From NCBI RefSeq assembly GCF_006345805.1, contig NC_043005.1, positions 92,752,001 through 92,816,000 on the forward strand: DNA of 64,000 nucleotides, read 5' to 3'. Below are positions 37,691 to 50,760 of the stretch, piece after piece. Source of the stretch: Octopus sinensis (Eukaryota). Each line of letters starts with the position of its first letter. Position 1 is the stretch's first letter. A program made the position numbers and the translations under genes. Below the pieces are notes generated by a model. That model was not told where the DNA came from and did not search any database. It saw only the letters and a list, made by a program, of their open reading frames with translations.

Positions 37691-40600
37691 AATTTAGTGG
37701 ACCATAGATAAGTCATACACAACAAAGCTTTCAAATAACATTTTAGAGAAACATTAATTTCATCAAAGTTATTTGTTTTATAATAATAATAATGTGAGAA
37801 ATGAAAAGAAAGCCTGACATAATCTTGCAGTTATTTCTGTTTAGTTTAACATCAAATCAGCAGTTTCAATTTTTATGTTGCTCGTTTATCATTATCAATT
37901 TTGCAAATACTTATTCTGTCAAAATTAACATATTTCCTTCAGTTGGCCTCATGTTTTAACTGATGTCTTCTCAAATTATACTGCAGGATTCCAGAACCAA
38001 GCTTTAGGGAAGATCTTCACTATTAAATGCATAGCAAAATTTCAGCTCATTTTTCCTTACCTGTCATATATGGTGGTCTTGGAGTCAGGGTTAAAGTATT
38101 TGTTTCTTCAACCACATCTTTCTTGTCTGTTTATGCTAAACACATTTCAACCATTAACGTCTTTCCTGTAGAAACGTCGATCCTATGTGGTCAAGAAAAC
38201 TTAACAGCAATGAAGCTTTCCCTATATGACTCACATCACAGAAAACCCTTTTGCAAATCTAAATTTATCAACCTCCTCTCAATTACTTCTGAGCTGGACA
38301 GATTCAGGTTCCTTACTATCTTGTTACAGGTGAATAGGATTCTGATCCCTTCTCTTGGATCCTCAACCCTGATTCCCCTTTGTGCTACTTTTATACACGA
38401 TTCTCTTTACTCTTTTGGTTCCTTTTTATAAGCCATTTTTAAATGTAATTGTATTTTACAATACCTGCACCTAATTTGATCTAAATTTCAAACCAACAGG
38501 CTAAAAAAGAACTTTAAAGATATCAGAATAGATTCTATACTTCGTATAAAACATTGAAAAAGTTTCATTTTGTCATTTTTAAAAACTTTAGAAGAAAAAT
38601 TACCACAAGTTTGAAGAAATTTAATTAGACTATGTGTAATAATTACCATGAGATCATTTTGATTGATTAGTAATCACTATGAAGATCTTTTCCATCCTTC
38701 TTCCCAGCTGTTTCTACTGCCAAAGAGAAGAGTTTGGCCAAATCAAGGTGGTTATTTCCCATGTCATGCCTGGTTTGAGCAGATTTTCATTCATATTTCG
38801 ATGATTGTTGGAAGAGATTTGTTCACTTAAACAGCCAATATTCATTGCATTGTACACTTTGTGACCATTTTCAACTGTGTACAATCAATCATTGGGGAAG
38901 ATCATAGAAAAGCGATGATCTACTGCCTTAATTGCTTAATCTAATAAATACTTTCACTTTCTGCAGCAGTTGCTTACTTCTGTTTCTTAGTGAAATCAAT
39001 AGATTCGGTTCTTGTTGCATTGTCTTTAAAACCAGTTTGTGTTGTTAATCAAAATAATCTGGAGATTGGCACATTATTCCAGTAGACTTACCAAAGTCAC
39101 GATGAACAGAGGGAACAGTAATAAATTAAAAATTACAAGTAGTATTTTGGCATGATTGTACACTTGTGACTGAGCGTTGGCCATCCACCAACCTTGTTGG
39201 AATGCTGTGTCCACAGAAACCTCTGTTTGAACGTGTTTTATAGCAGGTGAGGGAGATGGAAGCTGTTCTTGATACTTTGACTACATTTGACATTTAACAT
39301 CTGCAAGCACAAGGTACATTGTGAAATAATTGTCTTCACTGTTTTGGTCATAAGTCTTCCAGAAATTTCACCCATGCTACCGTTGATCTAACTTATGGTT
39401 TCAGTTGGCACCAATACTATGCTGGGGAACTGAAGCTATAGCAGTAGATCACCAAAGCAGATCTTGCATTGGTTAGCGGTCCAAATGTTTGTAGACTTGG
39501 CAAAGCAGGAGGCCAGCGACAGACAACAGAATGTGATAGATATTTGAGATTCATGTGCTATTAGGGGAGACAGCTATTAGGGGTAGCCTGCAAAATGAAT
39601 GTTAAAGCAATACTGTATAATGATTGTTAAGTAAAGATGTTAACGACTTTCATTAACAACTTACTTAACAGTCATTATATGGCAATTAAGTCAGCAACAG
39701 TAATTTAAAAGTATAGAAACCAGATGAAACCTTGGAAAGGTGACAGGAGAAAAACTGCATCAATTTAGTTTATGTTTCAGCATATTTTCTAGTGTTGCTA
39801 TTTCAGTATTTCTATTAATTGCTGTAAATTATGTAATTAATTCTGACAGCCAAGGGAGATAAATATGTTCACTTAAAAGAAATTGATGTTAACAGATGAG
39901 GAAGTGATAGTAAGAAGGGGTGGGTCATAGTGCTAGTATAGAACTAAAACACAATTTCATTTTTATATATCTTAGTTTCTAATCATAAAAGTATTAAAGT
40001 ACCTTTATGAAAATGCTAAAAGTAAAATTTGGATTTGCACTGCATTTCCTTAAAAAGGTTATTAACATTCTTAACATTCTTCAAAATTGAAATTCCGAAA
40101 GCAAGCTGGCTATTACACAGAAATCCTCTGTGCAAAGAACTTGGTTGGATTTTCATTGCAAAATCAATCTGGAGGAATTTATTGAACATGGTTAAAGCCA
40201 AGGTGTTATCATGTAGGCCAATAGTTGTATGCAAGATATTTGTCACCTGTGCCAGTGACACGTGAAAGGCACCCTTTACACTCTTGAAGTGGTTGGCTTT
40301 AGGAAGAGCATCCAGCTCACCAGCTTACTGGTTCCAGCCAAACTGTCTAACCCATACCAGCATGGAAGGCAAATGCTAAATGATGACGATGATGATGATG
40401 ATGATGATGTGGAGAAAAACAAATGTGATGTAATGTTTCATGTAGGAATAAATTAGCATTTCAAATGTTCCGAATGCAACAACTAAACCTGCAGTTCAAA
40501 TCCCAGGACTGCCAATTACACTGACACTGTCTAGATAACAGTGTCGTAGATGATGGCTTTGAAATGAATCAAGGCTTGGGTAGTTTCCTCATTTTTATTT

Positions 40601-40798
40601 GTTTATTTAATTTCCAGGATTTTTACTTGCAATATCTTTATTGAATGATACACACACAAAAAAAAATGTTACTTTATGAAGTTTAGCTGTTGTTGCATGA
40701 AAGTTCTGGAAAGACTTCAGAGATGTTATTCATTTAGGGGCTTCAATGATTGACTTGTAGCCATGTTGGGACACTCCAATCAAGGGAACAGTATTTGC

Positions 40799-41203
40799 AT
40801 CATCATCATCATCATCATCATCATCGTTTAACGTTTGTTTTCCATGCTAGCATGGGTTGGATGGTTTGACTGGGGTCTGGGAAGCCAGGAGGCTGTACCA
40901 GCACCAGTCTGAACTGTCAGTGTTTCTACAGCTGGATGCCCTTCCTAACGCCAACCACTCCGTGAGTGTAGTGGGTGCTTTTTACTTGCCACCGGCACAG
41001 GTGCCAAGCAAGGCTGGCAACGGCCACGATCGGTTGGTGCTTTTTACATGCCACAGGCAAGGAAGCCAGTTGAGGTGGCGCTGGCAACGGCCATGTTCGG
41101 ATAGATCTTTTTACATGCCACTGGCACTGTTACCACAACTACAATTTCCATTGATTTTTTGATCGATTTCGATTTCACTTACCTCAACAGGTCATCGAAT
41201 TTG
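40799..41203 (-). mobile_element. RTE-tail repeat with probable 8-bp TSD
   Basis: (CAT)n tail at left; GTATTTGC at 40791-40798 and 41204-41211. Confidence 0.85.
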
Positions 41204-42870
41204 GTATTTGCCTGCTAATTGTTTTATTGACTTTAAATGTTGATTTGATCCGGGTTCAGACCTTAGAAAGGGATATAAACTCAGACTTTAGAAAGGGATA
41301 TAAAAGGATATATATTTTGTTATCCATCACTAGAATGGTGACATGGTTAGATCCTAAATCTTGGTCTTTGGCAACACTTATGCAACAGTTTTCCTTTAGA
41401 ATTATGGCCAAATAAAGCTTCTCTATAAGATTTGTTAGTTCAGGTAAATGTGGCTAATATGATCATAAAGTTACATAAGTCAGAAAGAAATTAGGTAAAT
41501 ATAACTTGATAAAAATACAAAACATAAAAAAGAAAAATAGCCAGAGCTTATAAGAAAGTAACTGGGATCAATGATTTCACTGATTTCTGTTTCAACAAAG
41601 AAATATCAAGATGATAGTTGTATAGAACGGTAATCGAGTATAAACATTGAAAGAAAATTATCATGGTCGAGTGATTACCAGAAATATGAACTATGGATGA
41701 CAGAGATAGTAATGACTGCAAATAATCAAGCTAAAGATTAAATGTAAAGTATAATATTTTTCATGATGTTTAAGTTTAAAAAGCTTCATCAAAAAATAAT
41801 GATTAATGCTGTAGGTAATTTTTATTATAATATAGTAAGTATCTCTTTTATATAATTTTATTTTGGTAGATTTTTCTGAAGAAGAAAATCAATTTGACAT
41901 ATTTTTCTGTTTTTGAAAGGAGGTTGTGTGGTGCATTTTCATTAATTTTATTTTTCTAGAGTTATACAAATAAAATATTTTTTGTCTCTTTCTTGTCTGT
42001 AAAGTTTTCCTTTTTCTTATATTTGATTATTTTTCAATGACAAATTGTAGTACAAGTGCTTTTAAGAAAATGATATGAGGAATATGAAGTATTCCTATAA
42101 ACACAAATGGAAGATGACTTAGCATAGTGTCACAGAGAATGCAGCAAATTTTAACTATATTATTTCTCTTTCTGACAAATCAACAGTATCAATAGAGTGA
42201 ATTCCAATGTGACACAAGTAATAATTCAGCACATTGAGCTTGTGGCTCTAACCACCAAATACAATAGCTCAGAGATGGTCAGATTCTTGGGCATGGCTGG
42301 ATCCTTTGTGTTTAAGAAAAGTGATGAAGCATCTAACAAACTTGTGTCATCTGTGGCTAAAAGAAGGAAATGTTCTTAGAGGTCAACAGAAATATTCTCA
42401 GTTGCCAGGATGGTCTGGATTGTCTGGTCGGTCCAGGACATCACCAAAAATAACTGTGGCAAGTTGCTGAGGGCCATCACTGTGCAACTTAATGTGGTAG
42501 AGTTCACATGTAGTGTATGAAGACATTAGGTAAGACATCAAGTAAAAGTTATACATGGTGAGAAGAGGTCAGCTTCTTCCTGTCAAGACTTAAGAGAACT
42601 GTGTGATCAAGTGACCTCCTTGCTCTCCTCGTTTGAATCCCTAGGAAGCTGTGCCTGAGATATTGTCAGATAGGAGTGACTCTATAGTGACTTTACAGTG
42701 CCATGGACTCACAGAGTAGAGGCTGCCATTGTAGATGTGGTGGCTGACATGGGTAGACGAGTCAACTGATCCTGGCATGAAGTAACTTTATTGGCTGCAT
42801 TGGCACCATCATTAGAGCCTGAAGGCAATTTTGTTGAATGCTGTTTCTTTGAAGTATCTATTTGAATATA

Positions 42871-43020
42871 CTCTTACTCTTTTACTCTTTTACTTGTTTC
42901 AGTCATTTGACTGCGGCCATGCTGGAGCACCGCCTTTAGTCGGGCAAATCGACCCCGGGACTTATTCTTTGTAAGCCTAGTACTTATTCTATCGGTCTCT
43001 CTTTTGCCGAACCGCTAAGT
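42871..43020 (-). mobile_element. SINE 3' half with (TAAAAGAG)n-type tail
   Basis: CTCTTTTACTTGTTTCAGTCATTTGACTGCGGCCATGCTGGAGCACCGCC...GCCGAACCGCTAAGT; CpG-rich, so young. Confidence 0.85.
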
Positions 43021-43729
43021 GTAGCATTTACTTGAGAATGCATTATTATTTGTGTTAATGTGTTTGTTTTACTTCGTGTTTTGTCTTGTTCTTCGCTGTC
43101 TGGCACCCAAGACACATTTCATGAATAATCACAAGAGCAGTTGTTATCTGTATTATGTTCAGTAAATGAATCAAGAAGCAAACAATATATGTATGTGTAG
43201 GTGTGTATGGTGATATTTGTGTGTGTGTGTGTGTTTAAATATGAGTGCACAGTGATATATGTCAGAATCAGTGTCATCATTCTCCTCTTTATGTTTCTCC
43301 ATGATTGCATGAGTTGGCCATGTTTCCTTCAGCATCTCTACAGTTGTTAGGGTCATCCTCTCCTCTGTGAGCTCAGAATTCTGAGATCAGCTTTTGGCAT
43401 TTCTGCCTCTATCTTCCTCGGTTTTCTTCTTTCACAAATTCCTTTACTTGAATCTCTTGGCCCTTCTTTAACCCAATTCTCTTCCTTTATAAACTTCATG
43501 TTTTTCTCTCACTTCATTTCTGCTCTGACTTTTATCTACACTAATAATATGGTGACAAGTAAAAGAGTAAAAGAGTAAGAGTATATTCAAATAGATACTT
43601 CAAAGAAACACCGTTTCCAATTTGATTTGGCTTGGTTTCTACAGCTGGATGCCCTTCCTAATGCCTACTACTCTGAGTGTGTAATTGGTGCTTTTTACAT
43701 GCCACTGGCATTGGCGCCAGTTGTGATAA

Positions 43730-44657
43730 TTAACAACATATGGTGACTACACTGATCCAAGTCAAATTTTCATCGAAAAATATAAACAAAACAAAAAAAA
43801 AAATTAATTTACACAATTCAAGCACAAGACTGTTTCATCTCTGTGGCTTTTGCAAAAATCTGACATTTTTAACACCTAATTTCCTTCTTTTTCTTTTTTT
43901 CCTGAAGGATAATTCCTGCAAAATCCTTGTGAGTTTTTACTTTTTCTCTTTTGGATTCTGTAATTATTTCTTCAGGTTCTTCCTCACCAAGAAGTTTTTC
44001 AGCCAGCATTTTAAGAAATTCACATCTAGACAAAGAAGTTTTTTTTTTTTTTGAATTGTGGATGCTTTTCAATATATAACAAAAAACACTGCATTCTGCT
44101 GTATGAATCCGGTTGAAAACCTGTTGGCCATCTTCTTGTGGCTCATTTCACCAAACAGTATCTAATCAGCTGGTCAAGTGTATCAACTCTTCCTTTTATA
44201 GTATTGTAGTCCATAATTATTTTATTCCAGGTGGTTTGGAGCATGTTAAATGTTTCAAGAGAATTCACATTTTTTCAGAATCACAAAAGACTTTAATTTT
44301 TAAAAGAAATTTTCTCTATAGGTAGGGAAAAAACTTCTAGAAGACTCTAGAAATTCTCAAACACTAAGGAAAACTTGAGAACATATTTCTTGGTATGAAA
44401 TTATTATTTTTATCTACAAAATAAGAAACACTACTGTCAAGACCGCAGCATTCCAGTCTATGTTTTAATGGATCTTTTTTAAAATTTAAAGCCCAAAGTC
44501 AAAATGAAAAAATTTTCTTACCAAAAGACTTGGGATAAGAAGTTCAAGATATAGAATTAATTTACAGCACCACTGATTTAAATTAAATATTTTTTTTGTA
44601 TTTAAAAAAATGGCTTCAGCACAAAAAGGACCACTGCAGTCACTTCCATGTTTTTAA
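43730..44657 (-). mobile_element. piggyBac internal-deletion derivative (non-autonomous)
   Basis: TTAA at 43730-43733 and 44654-44657 with related termini (CAACATATGGTGACTACACTGATCC / AAACATGGAAGTGACTGCAGTGGTCC). Minus frames give IIMDYNTIKGRVDTLDQLIRY..ATRRWP, EFLKMLAEKLL and a Cys-rich C-terminal remnant. Confidence 0.85.
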
Positions 44658-45904
44658 GGTTTTAAGGGAGGATTATTTTCAGTTTTTTTAAATGTGGTTC
44701 CCTTTTAGTTTGAGTGTTGTTAACAATTGCCACCACAAAGTTGTTTGCTTCTTCCTCCAACTAAGATGGAAATTTCAATATTTTAGACAGCTTTTGCTTA
44801 CAGCATTCATCAGCAATTAATTTAGATTTGGATATCGTAACTCATATTCCAAATATGTGAACAAGCAAGAATATATTTCCTCCTTTTTTCTCTGAAATAT
44901 CACTTCTGTCTCTCTCTTCTAAACTACTATTCTGCCATTGGGTCATTTGGAGTCAGACTCAGATTTCTCATGGAGATTTCTTACTTCTTTTGAAGATGTA
45001 AAAACAGATCACAATTGTGTTGCAAGATGCAGTCGAAAGCAACTTGTTTACGTCTGTGATGGAAATGTTGTATGTATGTTGTGTATTCTTCTTTACATCA
45101 TTTTCTCCTCTTATCAGCAGAACTCTAAGATAGTAAGTGAAAATCTCAAGCGTTTAACAGCAGTAACATCATTTACCGTTTGGTGGTGCAAAGTCCTATT
45201 GAGAAAAGGTGATGATATTCTGAGCATCACCATGCTCATGATGTTTGTTTTGCCTTCTTTGGTATTTGGCGTAACATGCCTCGACAGATGGTGAAAATAC
45301 TTAACACTGTCATTGTTTGTAATAGCAGCATCATAAAATATTAGCTGGTGATTATTTTTTTGAAAGAAATATTGCTGTTTCGCATTAAAAGTATTTCTAT
45401 ATTGTTTAAATACTATACAGCAACAAACGCATATTGATAGTAAATAAATTGCCTTTGTCTGTTTTGTTTTATATGAATTGGAAATCTGTTTAATGTTAAA
45501 TTGTAACATTAATATGGAAAACAAATCTGTACTTATATGCCTCTTTTTTTTATTTGTGTGAAAAGTGTTAAAATTATCTGATTAATCAATAAATGAATGT
45601 TATTGACATCATTTCTAATGTCCAAAATATTTGCTAGAACCTGAAAGTAACTAATATTAAATGCTATTAGTCATAACTAAAATAAGAAATACTTTTCATT
45701 TTAGCTTTATATTTGATTGTAAAGTGTTAAGAAAAGCCTTAAACATAACGATAAGATATTTGAAATAAAAAGCCTAGTATCTGCCTGTAAGATAACCAAA
45801 CAAAATTTGCAAAATATACAACCCATAATAATATAGGAAAAAGAAATGTTAAAAAAAACAAAACAAATTATATCAACATTTTTTCCTAAAGAATTAAGTC
45901 CCCA

Positions 45905-45935
<31 letters not shown>

Positions 45936-45948
45936 TTTCTTTCTTTCT

Positions 45949-45992
<44 letters not shown>

Positions 45993-46458
45993 TTTCTCCC
46001 CTCCCCCTCTCTATATATATTGCTCTTGTATTTTTATATATATATTTTCCAGTACCTTTCAAATTAAAATAGTTGGAATGCTAACTATTTTCTTGATGAA
46101 ATATCTGATGCAAACTGAATAATAAGCATGAATTACAAGGCTAATATAAAAATGGTGAATGTTTTCAGCCCAGGAAAGCTTCAATGCGTTTGTTCTCAGT
46201 AAATCCCCAAAAGATTCAAGAAAATACTTCAACATCCAGAAAATACAGACAAGATGGCTCAGATTTTCTATGGAAATTATAAACCAGCCCTGATTTGTTA
46301 TGATGTTTTGTCTCCAAATACATCTAATGTAAACAACAATCTGATTGAAGATGGGAAAATAGGTGTATATGCATATTCCAGGAATTACCTTACAGGTAGT
46401 TAATATATACATACCAGTTGTCAGAATTGAGTTTAATGTGTAAAATTGGTATATCCAA

Positions 46459-46660
46459 CAGTGGCATATGGTGGTTGTTGCACTGGGTGTGCTGCCACAC
46501 CCAATGCCACCAAATTTTCAGCAGGGGTATAACGAAAGTTTTCCATTAGAATTTGTGATTAAACTAATGAATAAGTGTGATTAAATTAGTATTTATAATG
46601 AATTTACTATTTTCAATGGGGTGCAGCACACACCTAGCACACCTGGAATATAAACCCCTG
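46459..46660. mobile_element. hAT-type MITE
   Basis: CAG...CTG ends, subterminal GGTGTGCTGC.CACCC inverted motif, and 8-bp TSD ATATCCAA / ATATTCAA. Confidence 0.65.
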
Positions 46661-48685
46661 ATATTCAATAATGTTACACTGCTATATTCAGTGACTATTT
46701 AAGCTATTAGTTCATGAATGGTTAATGGATTGAATGTGGTGCTGAGGAAAGAGCAAGAACACCTGAAATATGTATATACATCTATTATTTTTCCATCTTT
46801 GATCTCATTGTTGTTTACATTAGACGTATTTGTATATGAAACATTGTAACAAATCAGTGATGGTAGCAATTTCTGTAGAAAAACTGTTGAGATAATCTTA
46901 ACAAGTGATTTAATATTAGTGCAATCCCTGCAGGACACAGCATTGACTTATAAAAGCATTTAATATACTTTGTAGTATGTTATGGTTGTACAACAAAATA
47001 TGGTGTTGTTACAAATAATTAATATAATGAAAATAAGTTTGTATGAGGCAGAGACATGGAGTCAATCAGAGAATTTGGAGAGAAGCAGGAAAGAGTGAAT
47101 TCAAAGCAGCATGGTGGTAATTGTAGAATTAGCAGTGGATAATAATAAAATGGGTCAAAGGTTGTGTGTTTGCAAGTGTAAACTTGCAGATCAGTTGCAT
47201 AATTTGTGTTTCGTTGTTGCCAAGCTTCTTCTATATTTATGTAGTGAATGCATTATCCTTGATGTGAAAGTAAAGTGAGATATATTTATTTTATTCAAAA
47301 TAGGAACAGATGTGATTGTAAATATTTGAGGAACTGTGGAATTCACTCACTTATGACAGTAATATTAGGCCCTAAATAATTCCCTTCAGTAAAGTTACCC
47401 CTAAAACGGCATTTGATACTCTTTTCAGAATTTATATCTAAATAAGAATTTCGTAAAAAATTGATTAATGGTGTTTTCTATTTAATGTTTTTTTTTATCC
47501 TTCTTTTTAAACCCTTCATCTATCAAGATAATTATAATTATATGTATGCATATTTTAAATTTGTCCTATTTCATTAGCAAACATTTACCCCCCCCCCCCC
47601 CACCACCACCACAAAAAATGGCATTAATATATATTTTAACTAAACAATATTGTATTTCTTCTGCTTTGGGAGTATGTTAAGGCACTTTTTTCTTCACAAT
47701 CTTTGTGAAATAGTCTTAATAAGACCTAAAAATAAAAATAATCTTATTTTACATAAAAAAAAAAAACTCAAAATTTCTTTAGATATTGAATTGTCAATGA
47801 TAAACAATTGGAATCTGCAATCCTTACTGAAATAATTCATCTTTAATTACTTGTTATGAAGAATTTGTTGAATTTGGTAGAAATTTTTGAAAAATATATA
47901 CTAAAAGATATTTGTAATAAAATGTAACTTTTCCTTTTTGCAACAATATAGAAAAGAATGAAGTTTAGCATTATTCTTGGTTGGTTCTATTTGACTAGTC
48001 CCTCGGCAGTTTCCATAGAATCTATTTGTTACTTAATACCCCATTTTAATGCAGGTTAAAGCTACATGTTTTTGGTTACTTGCCAATAATCATTTTCTAT
48101 TGATCAGATTCTTCTATCCTGCTTGGTTTTGGTGCAATGCACACTTACATTTAGCATTTACATTTATTAATGCCTTACCACACAAGTGTTATAGATCAAC
48201 ATCAGCAGCAGAAAACCAACAGCATTTTTGTTCCAGATTTTTAAATAAGACTTGATGATACATTCTAAAATATGAATTCTATTGTGAACATTTTAGCTCT
48301 CTTTTTATTTTCATAACGAATTTGTTTCGTGTAGTTTTCATGATTTAAAAATGTATTTCATCCTCCAATACTCGGCACTGCAATGATTTCATTTATTTAT
48401 ATGCAGATATTTATAGTTTTCAGTATTGGTTGAATAATTCTATAAAATTGAGATATTTCTTAAATTGTTGGAATTTACATCTAGATCTGCCAATTAACAT
48501 TAATCACTTAACCATGAAATGGTTGTGGTTCTGATCCCCACCCCAACTATGCTAGATTGGCAAATGGATGTAAAATAAATATTAAATGAAGCAAGAATTG
48601 TGCTCTGCCCTGGGGCACAAGATAATGCCAGTTGCAATAATTAAATGCATGACCTTTATCTTATTTCTTATGCACACACACACAC

Positions 48686-48896
48686 ACAGGGGGTGCTGAA
48701 AAGTTTCTGGCTTTGGGTAAAAGAAAATACAAGAAGATCAGTTAATTATGATTTTATTCAACATATTCCTCTCTTAGATTCACACACTTATTGCAGTGGT
48801 CTTTCAGTTTTTTGTAAGCCCTATAAAAGAACTTGGAAGGTTGGCCCTCCAACCAGGCCTTTCATGATGCCAGGAACTTTTCAGTACCTTCTTGTA
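48686..48896. mobile_element. Mariner-derived MITE
   Basis: Imperfect TIRs GGGGGTGCTGAAAAGTTTCTGGC / GCCAGGAACTTTTCAGTACCTTC; 210 bp with no ORF. Confidence 0.8.
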
Positions 48897-49269
48897 TATA
48901 TCTTCACCACCACCACCACCACCACCACCATCATCATCATCATTTAATGTCCATTCCCCATGCTCACATGGGTTGGATGGCTTGGCAGAAACTGGCAAAA
49001 AACCAAGACCTGCACCAGCTTCCATAGTCTCCTTTGGCATGGTTCCTATGGTTGGATGCCCTTCCTAATGCCAACCACTTTACAAAGTGCATAATGGGTG
49101 CTTTTTATGTGACTCCATCACCAGCACCCACACCACTGCTATTACATGGCATCTTGGTTTTAGGATGCATATATATATATTTGTGTATAGGTATATTTGC
49201 ATATATATATATAATTAATGAAAGAAATTGTTGTATACAGCTAAGAAAAAAAAAGCCATCAGGTGTACT

Positions 49270-50040
49270 GTTGGAAAATTTCCAGAAGCATGGAATTTTG
49301 AAGGATGTAGTGTCTCAACAGCTATCAACTGATGCAAGAAGTTTATTTCATGCTTCAACAATTCTGAGCATGAAAAAATGTTTCCAAAAGTCATGGGCAC
49401 TATGTATTTTTTTGATTTTATAAGCATGTCCGTGAGTGTTTGTCAATGGAATTCAAAAAGGTGCCCAAGGTTGTTGTTGGAAAGATGGTGGATAATCTTG
49501 TGGGTGTCTACCAAGTCAGTTGCTAGATGTCAAATCTTCAATGTGTCCATGCCCTGGGAAGCAAGATGTTCAGAGTTTGGCAGATGCCTGACAGTGAGTA
49601 TTCGTTTTGTTACACATTTCTGAACAGTTACCAGGAGATTTATCTGCTGAGCATGATAGGGGTTCCAGACTGGTGATGTAAATTCCAAGTGTTGATGTAC
49701 TATTGTCATATACAATTTTAAATAGGTAGCTGGAGAATGGCTGACAAAGGTCTTACTGAGTGATGCTGACAACCCCTCAGCCTTCTTGATAACCTTAGAG
49801 ATGTGGTTTGTCCAGTGCAGATCATTGTTTACAATAATGCTCAGATCACGTCTTCTAGAAGAACTCATAAGATTGGTGTTCCTGAGGGAGCATGTAAAGG
49901 TTGGATTCTTTCTCCCAAAATGCACGGTGATGCACTTGTCCACAGCTAGCTTGAGTTGCCAGTCAGAGATCCATTGCTGCAGTATGTCTAGGTCTGATTT
50001 CTGGAAAGGTCTATACTGCATAGGATCTGTTCTTTTTATA
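49270..50040 (-). mobile_element. 5'-truncated CR1/L2-like LINE, RT C-terminal region
   Basis: DLDILQQWISDWQLKLAVDKC, RDLSIIVNNDLHWTNHISKV and LEFTSPVWNPYHAQQINLLVTVQKCVTKRI in ORF 49530-50207. Confidence 0.9.
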
Positions 50041-50041
50041 G

Positions 50042-50117
<76 letters not shown>

Positions 50118-50269
50118 GTATATGTTTATATATACACATATATATGTGTATATAAAAAGAACAGATCCTATGCAGTATAGACCTTTCCAGAAATGAGACC
50201 TGGACATATTACAGAGGGAGTGTTGATGCTTCTGTTAGCTCACCTTATATACACACACACACACCCTTA

Positions 50270-50760
50270 TCATCTACTTTCTCTTCCAGGTATTGATATT
50301 GATCGTTGCTGCCTGCTCTCTTCCAGGCTTTTTAAAGTCTTCCATTTATGGTTCTATCTACAATGTTCTTTCACCTCTTTCATTTCGTTGGTTCCTTGCT
50401 CTCAGTTGTCCTCTTATAAGCTTTTGTCACACATCTCATCTGGAATCTTTCTGACCCTGTTTTTAGTTGAATCTTTCACTTTCCATATCTTTCTTTGTTT
50501 GTCTAGCTCTTACTCTGAAGTCACTAATCACCTGTCTGTCCAACTTATGAGAGAGTATGAAATGTATCTAATTGACAGGTGACCAAATAGTTGGATGATT
50601 TTCTGACGATGGTTTTGCAGAGAGCTTGTTTGCATCGTGGAACTCCAGAAGCCTTGATTCTTCTTCATAACTCCTAACATATCCAAACTACAATATAGTA
50701 ACCTACTACTCAACATGCCAACTGTGAGAACAAAGTCACTCTCATTTGTTATCAAGGGTT
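50270..50760 (-). mobile_element. Decayed RTE LINE fragment (APE endonuclease end and linker)
   Basis: Minus frames approximate EESRLLEFHDANKL...HPTIWSP..QLDTF and KAWKRAGSNDQYQYL. Confidence 0.6.

Noticed and set aside
46215-46400. IPKRFKKILQHPENTDKMAQIFYGNYKPALICY... as a host exon
   Set aside because: It has an inverted paralogue nearby whose substitutions are evenly spread over codon positions.
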